IMG/VR virus record: IMGVR_UViG_3300040801_001224
Coordinates: 62,001 to 126,000 of that record
DNA length: 64,000 nucleotides
Strand: one strand, 5' to 3'
Shown here: one piece after another, positions 38,428 through 46,216 of the stretch
Position numbering within the stretch: the stretch's first letter is position 1
Layout of the letters: every line of letters begins with the position of its first letter
The notes under the pieces: generated by a model
What the model was told of the DNA's origin: nothing
Seen by the model: the letters and a program-made list of their open reading frames with translations, nothing else
The model's database searches: none
Translations under genes and position numbers: made by a program

Positions 38428-39216
38428 ATGGCTGTAACATTAAACGCAAAGGCAACTTCGTTTCCTAGTTTCACGATAGGTAAGAAGGGCGTCACTTTAT
38501 TTCAGGGAGATTCTACTCCTGCTTCACCAAACGCTGGTGACTTTTGGTTCCAACCGACCGCAGGAAGAATTCAAACATACACTGGAACTGAATGGGCAAG
38601 TCTAGCAAGCGAATCGTTTACACTAATCACATCAGCACATACAGCCACATCAGGTGAGCGATTAGCAGTTGACACTTCTGGTGGCGCATTTACTATTACT
38701 CTCCCAGCATCACCAAGTGCTGGTGACATTGTTGAGTTCGTTGACAACGGCAATTTTGCTTCCAACAATCTTACTATAGATCGCAATGGCAGTAACATCG
38801 ATGGCACGGCAGATGACCTCGTGGTGTCAGACAACAATACCCATTTTTGGTTACAGTATAAAGACGGCACGACAGGATGGGAAGTATTTGGTGTAGTAGG
38901 CGTAGTAACGTCTGGCGGCGATTCGTCAACAACGTCCACTACGTCATACTCAGGTGGTGGAACGTTGGCATTAGGCCCAGTGATATTGTTGACCGATAGC
39001 TTAACATACACTCTACCATCAGCTGATAGTGTGTCAAATGGAGAATCAATGTTAATTGAACTGCCTTCAACATATAGTAGTTCAACACCTACGGTACAAC
39101 GTGCGGGAACAGATTTAATACGATATAGCGGTGGTACAGATACATCATACCAGTATACAAATGGCGCCCAATCAGTAAGATTTATATCGAATGGAACAGA
39201 TGAGTGGATGATATAA
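38428..39216 (+). CDS. Virion fibre/baseplate-associated protein
   Basis: VDTSGGAFTITLPASPSAGD...NNLTIDRNGSNIDG...GW domain typical of T4-like fibres; GATAAATA at 38338. Confidence 0.65.
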   Translation: MAVTLNAKATSFPSFTIGKKGVTLFQGDSTPASPNAGDFWFQPTAGRIQTYTGTEWASLASESFTLITSAHTATSGERLAVDTSGGAFTITLPASPSAGDIVEFVDNGNFASNNLTIDRNGSNIDGTADDLVVSDNNTHFWLQYKDGTTGWEVFGVVGVVTSGGDSSTTSTTSYSGGGTLALGPVILLTDSLTYTLPSADSVSNGESMLIELPSTYSSSTPTVQRAGTDLIRYSGGTDTSYQYTNGAQSVRFISNGTDEWMI

Positions 39217-39217
39217 G

Positions 39218-39706
39218 ATGAAAAGTTTAAGGGATACATTAAATATTACAGTAGGCGGTGGAACAGCACAATTCAATATGCTTAGAACAATGGCGTTAAT
39301 TGAAGATGGTGTTGTGACCAATAAAATTAAAGCTGACCCCATTCAACTTCCAGATTGGGTTGACGTAACAGACATTGAGTGTGGTATAGGATGGATAGCT
39401 AATGAAGATGGAAGCTTTACCAAGCCTCCAATCAGAGTACTAGCAGTACAATCATTCTTACAGAGATTTACTCAAGCAGAACGTATCGCTATTCGTAACT
39501 CTACAGATGATATAGTTGTTGATTTATATGAATTAATTAAAGTGTCTACATACATTAATTTGGATGATCCGAATATTGGACCGGGTCTTTTATATATTTC
39601 AGGACAAACAGATCCTGCGATAACATCGCCAATAATTGATCCATTAAGAATACCAGATTTAATGGCAGATGGAACTGACGAGGAAGCTCACAACGGTATA
39701 CTGTAA
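39218..39706 (+). CDS. Tail-fibre assembly-like protein, family B
   Basis: ALIEDGVVTN N-terminal motif plus family B C-terminal domain. Confidence 0.6.
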   Translation: MKSLRDTLNITVGGGTAQFNMLRTMALIEDGVVTNKIKADPIQLPDWVDVTDIECGIGWIANEDGSFTKPPIRVLAVQSFLQRFTQAERIAIRNSTDDIVVDLYELIKVSTYINLDDPNIGPGLLYISGQTDPAITSPIIDPLRIPDLMADGTDEEAHNGIL

Positions 39707-39742
39707 TGCTAAATATAACTATAAAAATGGAGAATACTTTTA

Positions 39743-42700
39743 ATGCCAATTAATTCTTTTGACGCATTTCCAATTAATGCTTCTCAGTTAACCGGTACTG
39801 ACAAATGGCAAGACGGTGATAACTGGGATATCATTCCACTGGTCGATTCTTCAGGCACAGCGCACATTGGATTAAGACTAGACTTCCATAACGAAGATTC
39901 AAAAACCATTGCTACTGATGCTTATGACTGGAGAATTACTGCTGGCATTGATAATGCTCCCCTAAAATTCATTAATGACGCTGGCACTGAAGTATTTGAA
40001 TTTGGTAACGACGGCAATCTAACGATGTCAGGCGACACCATTTCTATTAATGGTGGCACAACTGATATACAACTTACTGCCAATAAAACTATTGATTGGA
40101 CACTAGCAAGCCAGGGCACTATTGATGCTACTAACCTACCGGCCATCGCTATAAGTGAAGTGTTTACTGTGGCCAGTGAAGCGGCACAAATAGCACTAAC
40201 AGCCCAATCAGGTGATGTAGCAATACGTACTGATTTAAATAAATCTTATGTTCACAATGGCGGCTCTGCTGGCACAATTGCTGACTGGTCAGAACTATTA
40301 ACTCCGACTGATGCCGTATTAAGTGTTGATGGACAAACAGGCGCAGTTAGTCTGTCAGGCACATATGCGCCACTAAGCCACACTCACGTTATTGGTGACA
40401 TAACAAATTTACAAACAACATTAGATAGCAAATATGACTCAAGTAACTTTGTGGCAGGTACAGATTACCAGACGCCACTAAGTAATGTTGCTTTCACTAA
40501 CGTAGCAAATACATTTGTGTCCGATCAGTTAATACAAGGCACAATAAGAACACCACTGACGTTAGAAAGAACAAGTTCACAAGAAAATATTAATATTGAA
40601 TATAAAGGCCCAACTAATTCTTATTACGCAGGTTTCACAACAGGTGGTGTATTTAAAGTTGGCGATACAGACTTGTTGGCTACTGGTGGCGACACAGTAT
40701 TAACTGATGCGAACTTTGTTGCCGGTACTGATTATCAAGCACCATTAAGTAATGTGGCTTTTACGAATGTAGATAATAACTTTACTACTACACAAACTTT
40801 ACCACAAACACCAACAACTTCTGGATTAAATGTAGGCTCGTTTAATGTCCAAAGTGTAGGAAACACTAACGGTTTTGTTGGTAATAATGGTTATTGGGAT
40901 GGCACTGACTGGATTCTTAAAGAAAATGGTTCGAGCGCATTGCTCCAATTTATTAATGACAGAATATCATTAAGGTCTACTCCATCTGGTACATCAGGTG
41001 GTTCTGTATCTATTACTACATTGATGGATTTAAGTATTACTGACGGAGTTAAAGTTTATGATAATTTTACTCCAGATACAGATTCTTCGTATGACATAGG
41101 TACGTCTACTCTTAAATTTAAAGATTTATATGTAGATAATATTGATAATCCAATATTAAGTGCGTATCGAGTAGCACAGACAGCTGACCCAGATGAAGGG
41201 TCAGTTCTTAAATACCCAGCCGCAACAACTGTAAGCACAGGAAGTTCTTCAAACGACATTGTTATTGATTTGCCAGTATCAGGAAATAATGTTTTTATTA
41301 GTTTAGTTCTGGTTATACAAGATAGTTATGGCCCAAGAACTAAAGTTGAATTGGGGGGCTATTATAGAGGTGCAACCTCAGACTGGATTAATACTTTCAT
41401 TACTTCATATGAATCAAGTGTTAACAATATAATTTCTTCTGTTACTTTTGGGTTATCTGCAACAAATACAAGTCACATCATTCTTACTTCAAAATCGGGA
41501 ACGTGGCAAAGTTATCCTCGAATATACATTGAAGAAGTTAGTATGGGGTGGACTGGGGCAGATGATGTTGTATGGAATACACCTTCAAATTATTCGATTT
41601 CATTGCCAACTACTAATCCGACACTTTCTGTATTTAGTATCACCCGTCCTGAAAGCGCAATAGTGAAATCAATATATCAAAACACTGGTGCGGCAGTTCT
41701 TGGTGTAGAAGACAGCGTAGCAGGGACTTTAACAGTTCATGGTGGTAATGCTGGAGTAGGAGCCAAGGTAAGACTCCATAATGGTGCTAATGATGATACA
41801 GATATAGACTTTTTCGATATCGAAGCAGATGCTGGTTATCTTGATATACGAAAAGATGCCATAAACCTTCTTAGACTTGGCGGCACACTAACAACAGATG
41901 CTCAGATATTAGCAGGATCGCAGGGTGCAAACAGAGCATTATTTTACTTGTATGGTGGTGCTACTACCAATGGCTCACAATTGCGTTTATATGCTGGTAA
42001 CACAGTTCCCGTAGGTGCTAACTATTATTATCGTAATTTCATAAGTACTTCAGGCGATTGGATATTTGATGTTCAGGGTGGAACATCAGGGCATACAGGT
42101 AATTTGATTACTGTTGATGCTAGTGCATCAGGGCTTATTAATGTCAATCCTCCTATTAATCTTAATTCGTCTGTCACTATCCCTAACGGAAGTCTGACTG
42201 TTGGTACAGCAGATACAACATTTGGTGCTTTGCGTCTTGAATCTAGTAGTACGTCTCAGGGCGGTTTAATTAGTTTAGTAAACGGTCCAAACCAAGATAC
42301 AGACGTTGATGTCTGGCGTCTTGAAGCAGATGCCGCAGGACGTTTTAGGGTCTTTGTTGATGGCGGTACACACTCAGGCGCTAGTCCGTTTATCATTAAT
42401 GATGACATGACTCAGATATTCATGCCAGGTACATCGACGGCGGCAACGACTGGGGTTGCGTTATCACTGGGTACTGACCAAGAACGCTACGGACAGATAA
42501 ACATGTATGGTAACAACGGCAACCAAGGCCCAGTGCTTAACATGTTCAATGCGGCCAACGAAGACACTGACATTGACTATTTCCAGATACAACCAAACGG
42601 TGCTTCTCTGCTATTTAGAGCAGTAGGCCAAGAGTCAGGCAACGACACCCTAGTATCAATGAATTGGATAGGCGACAGCGGCTCTCCAGAAGATATTTTA

Positions 42701-43225
42701 CGTGTTCAAACTAACATAGGCGTTAACGGATTTTATCCGGGTTACTTGTATCTGGAAGGTAATGATGATACTACATCGGGACGATTGTACATAAGGAACG
42801 GTGCTAACTCTGATACAGAAACTGACGCTTGGTTAATCTATTCAAATACGGCTGGTGATTTTAAAATTAATGGACAATCAGGCACAGCAAATCTCGGTGA
42901 TGTGTTGACAATCAATAGGTCAACAGGACATATAATAGTTGAAGGTGGCATCACAGACAGGAATGTGTCTACATCAGCCACTTCTAAGACAGCAACACCT
43001 GGAGAAACGGTATATATTAGTGCTAGTGGTCAGACAGTGACACTGCCGGCGAACCCGATATCAGGCACGATGGTAAGAGTACACGTAGGAAACTTTACGA
43101 ATACAGTGGTAGCAAGAAACGGACAAAGAATTATGAGTTTATTAGAAAATATGACAATTGATATTCCAGATGTAACGGTAACATTTGAATTTATTGATTC
43201 AACAAGAGGATGGGCGGCATCATGA
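39743..43225 (+). CDS. Long tail fibre protein
   Basis: 1160 aa, G/T/N-rich; duplicated NFVAGTDYQxPLSNVAFTNV; four repeats ending NG(A/P)NxDTD; C-terminal VTLPANP domain. Confidence 0.75.
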   Translation: MPINSFDAFPINASQLTGTDKWQDGDNWDIIPLVDSSGTAHIGLRLDFHNEDSKTIATDAYDWRITAGIDNAPLKFINDAGTEVFEFGNDGNLTMSGDTISINGGTTDIQLTANKTIDWTLASQGTIDATNLPAIAISEVFTVASEAAQIALTAQSGDVAIRTDLNKSYVHNGGSAGTIADWSELLTPTDAVLSVDGQTGAVSLSGTYAPLSHTHVIGDITNLQTTLDSKYDSSNFVAGTDYQTPLSNVAFTNVANTFVSDQLIQGTIRTPLTLERTSSQENINIEYKGPTNSYYAGFTTGGVFKVGDTDLLATGGDTVLTDANFVAGTDYQAPLSNVAFTNVDNNFTTTQTLPQTPTTSGLNVGSFNVQSVGNTNGFVGNNGYWDGTDWILKENGSSALLQFINDRISLRSTPSGTSGGSVSITTLMDLSITDGVKVYDNFTPDTDSSYDIGTSTLKFKDLYVDNIDNPILSAYRVAQTADPDEGSVLKYPAATTVSTGSSSNDIVIDLPVSGNNVFISLVLVIQDSYGPRTKVELGGYYRGATSDWINTFITSYESSVNNIISSVTFGLSATNTSHIILTSKSGTWQSYPRIYIEEVSMGWTGADDVVWNTPSNYSISLPTTNPTLSVFSITRPESAIVKSIYQNTGAAVLGVEDSVAGTLTVHGGNAGVGAKVRLHNGANDDTDIDFFDIEADAGYLDIRKDAINLLRLGGTLTTDAQILAGSQGANRALFYLYGGATTNGSQLRLYAGNTVPVGANYYYRNFISTSGDWIFDVQGGTSGHTGNLITVDASASGLINVNPPINLNSSVTIPNGSLTVGTADTTFGALRLESSSTSQGGLISLVNGPNQDTDVDVWRLEADAAGRFRVFVDGGTHSGASPFIINDDMTQIFMPGTSTAATTGVALSLGTDQERYGQINMYGNNGNQGPVLNMFNAANEDTDIDYFQIQPNGASLLFRAVGQESGNDTLVSMNWIGDSGSPEDILRVQTNIGVNGFYPGYLYLEGNDDTTSGRLYIRNGANSDTETDAWLIYSNTAGDFKINGQSGTANLGDVLTINRSTGHIIVEGGITDRNVSTSATSKTATPGETVYISASGQTVTLPANPISGTMVRVHVGNFTNTVVARNGQRIMSLLENMTIDIPDVTVTFEFIDSTRGWAAS

Positions 43226-43506
43226 GTTTATTGACAGATTTTTACGGTGGTGGTTCTAGTGGCGGTGGCGGCATCAAGTCGGTACAGACAGTTAATGGTT
43301 TTTTAAATAATGTAAATACTGCGGATGTTACTATTACTGCGGTTGACTTAACAAAAACATTTATAACAATGAGTGATCGGCCAAGCGGTACTAGCTTAAG
43401 AGACCTGTGTACTGCTGAATTGACATCCTCAACTAATGTTAGGATACAAAAAAGCCAGACGTCAGGTGTAGCTACGTATAGAATTTTTGTCGTGGAGTTC
43501 AACTAA
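43222..43506 (+). CDS. Small fibre-accessory protein
   Basis: ATGA overlap with the fibre stop codon; paralog of 31934. Confidence 0.6.
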   Translation: MSLLTDFYGGGSSGGGGIKSVQTVNGFLNNVNTADVTITAVDLTKTFITMSDRPSGTSLRDLCTAELTSSTNVRIQKSQTSGVATYRIFVVEFN

Positions 43507-44321
43507 TGATTAAAGTAATTGGGATAGATGAGAACAACATAGTTATTAGCATTAAAGAGGTTAAGGATGGATACGTTTTCCAGCCTAACGAACATGATGT
43601 GACAGGATTAACAGAGTATTTTGAGTTACTTGGTGAATATGACCCAGCAGGCCCAACATATACGCCACCCGAAAGTGTTGATCCATTGGTGTTATCTAGT
43701 TCAGGAATGGTCGATGAACCAGACATGTATTCACAAGGAAAACTAACATTTCCTGAATCAGTTATTGGTGACACTGAACTAAACATTGAAGGCAGTAATG
43801 CTAATGTTTATGACAGTGATGAGAGTAATTTCTGGACGACAGTGGAAGCAAAAACAAGTGAACGTTGGACTGGTGCGTATATTACGTCAATGGCCAATAG
43901 TAACGAGCAGACGATCATCAATGTACAGGGTCAGGGAATCTTAACGAATGTGGTCGGCGCATGTCCAAAAAATAATAATTCTACCGTAACTATTAGGATC
44001 ATTATTGATGGTTATGAAAAAGTATTCACTGCTGAAGATGTAGATAAAAATAATCGTTATGTGTTGGGATATTTGAGTAATAATCGCCAAACAGAGTCTA
44101 ACCGCTGGGGCTGGACAAGCAAGTGGTTTGGCAACGGCTGGGCATTGAACAACAACAAACTGTTAACGACACCAGAAGATTCTGTGTATGATCACAGGGC
44201 TGGTTTAAAATTTGAAGAATCACTTAAAGTTACGATACAATGTGACGGAGATATGACGAGCTCCAACTTTGAAAATAGAGCTGGCGTGACATATTTAACA
44301 TATATTCCAAAGGGCTATTAA
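43506..44321 (+). CDS. Fibre-associated protein, family A
   Basis: EQTIINVQGQGILTNV, GLKFEESLKV, TYLTYIPKGY. Confidence 0.65.
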   Translation: MIKVIGIDENNIVISIKEVKDGYVFQPNEHDVTGLTEYFELLGEYDPAGPTYTPPESVDPLVLSSSGMVDEPDMYSQGKLTFPESVIGDTELNIEGSNANVYDSDESNFWTTVEAKTSERWTGAYITSMANSNEQTIINVQGQGILTNVVGACPKNNNSTVTIRIIIDGYEKVFTAEDVDKNNRYVLGYLSNNRQTESNRWGWTSKWFGNGWALNNNKLLTTPEDSVYDHRAGLKFEESLKVTIQCDGDMTSSNFENRAGVTYLTYIPKGY

Positions 44322-44322
44322 T

Positions 44323-44745
44323 ATGACAATTGAAATATTAAATAAAGAGACAGGGGAATTAATTGATCCGCAAAGAGCACCAGTTGAAGGCGACTGGGTA
44401 CGTGAAACCGTTGGTGGTGTAGTAACTGAATATGAATACCATGAGCCAGTAGTCACTACAGAACCTGCCATTCGAATCATTACTGTGAGACAGTTCTTAA
44501 AACGTTTTACACAGGCAGAACGTATTGCTATGCGTAATTCAACTGACGATATTGTTATTGACTTATACACGGATTTAACACTAGCATCATATGTGGATTT
44601 AGATGATCCAGAGCTAATTCCAGGTTTGATGTATATTTCAGGACAAACTGATCCTGCTATATCATCGCCAATTATATTACCAAGTCGTATCGCTGACTTA
44701 ACAGTAGACGGTACGCAACAGGAAGCATACAACGGTATCCTATAA
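44323..44745 (+). CDS. Tail-fibre assembly-like protein, family B
   Basis: N-terminus matches 33853 (DPQRxPVxGD); C-terminus nearly identical to 39218. Confidence 0.65.
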   Translation: MTIEILNKETGELIDPQRAPVEGDWVRETVGGVVTEYEYHEPVVTTEPAIRIITVRQFLKRFTQAERIAMRNSTDDIVIDLYTDLTLASYVDLDDPELIPGLMYISGQTDPAISSPIILPSRIADLTVDGTQQEAYNGIL

Positions 44746-44820
44746 GATGCCGTTTTAACATAGAGTATTTATATTTACTTTTAAATATAAATGCTCCTTT
44801 ACAAACAAAGGAGATTTATC

Positions 44821-45600
44821 ATGGCTAATGAGCTATACCCACTAGAAGATCTTGAGTTCAAAAAATATGGACCTCAAGTTACAATCGGCGGCAATCCATA
44901 CGTTGTGTGGTTTTGGATGACTGATGATTTTGGCACAGGCGCAGGCTATACACCAGCCCCAAAGACGGCCTCAGGATGGTCTTACGATGACGACGATACT
45001 GAAGCAGACGCATATCAGATGGGACTATCACCAATTAAACTAGGCAGTACTGGTTACACTAATGGCACATTTGTTAAGTCAAAAGACAAGACATACGCAG
45101 TAGCAAGTGCTAACCCACTTACATTAAAAAGAAACGGCAAAGAGCCAAGCTTCGTAATGGAGCAGTTCATTGAACGAGTTCAGAAATATATTGATGATCA
45201 TCGTTTAGATGGTGAATTAACATCTTTTGAATTCAGTGAAGAAGGCGTGAAATTACCACTTAACCCTACATTAACAGAAACACTGTTAGCATATATGAAT
45301 CAAGGATTGAAGCCAGTTGAGCCACCGAAGCCAATCCGTAAGATTACAGTAAGACATTTTATGCGTAGATTCCCACAGGAAGTACGTATAGTAATTAGAT
45401 CTTCAGATAATCCTTACGTTATTGATATGTACGAGGACTTAAAGTTAGCGACATTTGTTGATTTAGATGATCCTGAACTACTCAAAGGTTTAGAAGAACT
45501 GAAGAAGCACGTTGATATTTCTGATGAAGTCATGGAGCTATTGTTAGCTGACGGCACTGAAGAAGAAGAGATGGCAGAGAAAAAGGGCGTTTTCCTCTAA
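44821..45600 (+). CDS. Two-domain protein: family C N-terminus plus family B C-terminus
   Basis: GGNPYVVWFWMTDD domain (shared with 45652) and IRKITVRHFMRRF...ATFVDLDDP; RBS AAGGAG before ATG 44821. Confidence 0.65.
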   Translation: MANELYPLEDLEFKKYGPQVTIGGNPYVVWFWMTDDFGTGAGYTPAPKTASGWSYDDDDTEADAYQMGLSPIKLGSTGYTNGTFVKSKDKTYAVASANPLTLKRNGKEPSFVMEQFIERVQKYIDDHRLDGELTSFEFSEEGVKLPLNPTLTETLLAYMNQGLKPVEPPKPIRKITVRHFMRRFPQEVRIVIRSSDNPYVIDMYEDLKLATFVDLDDPELLKGLEELKKHVDISDEVMELLLADGTEEEEMAEKKGVFL

Positions 45601-45651
45601 TTAAGAGGCTAACAAAAAACACAAATCCATTAATACCATAAGGAGGATATA

Positions 45652-46110
45652 ATGGCAAATGAAATACATTTTATGAGAGACTCTGAGGACAAGAAGTTTG
45701 GAGTTCAATTTAGAGTTGGCGGTCAACCATATGTAATATGGATGTGGATGACTGATGACACCGCAGACGATGCAGATAGAGATGCGGACGCATACCAAGT
45801 ACAGGTTTCACCAATCGTATTGAAAGGTAATGTGTACACAAACGGTAGTGCGGTTAAAACTGAAGACGGAACATTGGTCTTACAAGCAATTAATAAATGG
45901 CGAGTCGATAATCAGTTCGACGGCAGTGTAATTAAACTATACGAATCTTTCTTAGAGAAAGTTAACAAATTTATTAAAGAAAACACAAAGGAGGATGACG
46001 TGCCAGCAGACGTAGCCGGGTTTCCCGTGGATGGTACGATTACTGAACAACTTATTTGGTTGGTTCAGAAAGGTACTAAGATAGAGAACGGCGAAGTTAA
46101 GCGCAAGTAA
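45652..46110 (+). CDS. Family C protein (paralog of the 44821 N-terminal domain)
   Basis: GGQPYVIWMWMTDD...DADAYQ..SPI..YTNG; RBS AGGAGG. Confidence 0.65.
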   Translation: MANEIHFMRDSEDKKFGVQFRVGGQPYVIWMWMTDDTADDADRDADAYQVQVSPIVLKGNVYTNGSAVKTEDGTLVLQAINKWRVDNQFDGSVIKLYESFLEKVNKFIKENTKEDDVPADVAGFPVDGTITEQLIWLVQKGTKIENGEVKRK

Positions 46111-46140
46111 GCCGTAATCTCTAACTCTCTAATGAAAATT

Positions 46141-46168
46141 AGGCGACTATCTATGAGTCGCCTTTTTT
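46141..46168 (+). terminator. Intrinsic terminator
   Basis: AGGCGACT-ATCTATG-AGTCGCCT followed by a T-run. Confidence 0.8.
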
Positions 46169-46216
46169 ATGTCAGAAATGTGATAAATAAAGTAAATATT
46201 GGAGATACTAAAAACA

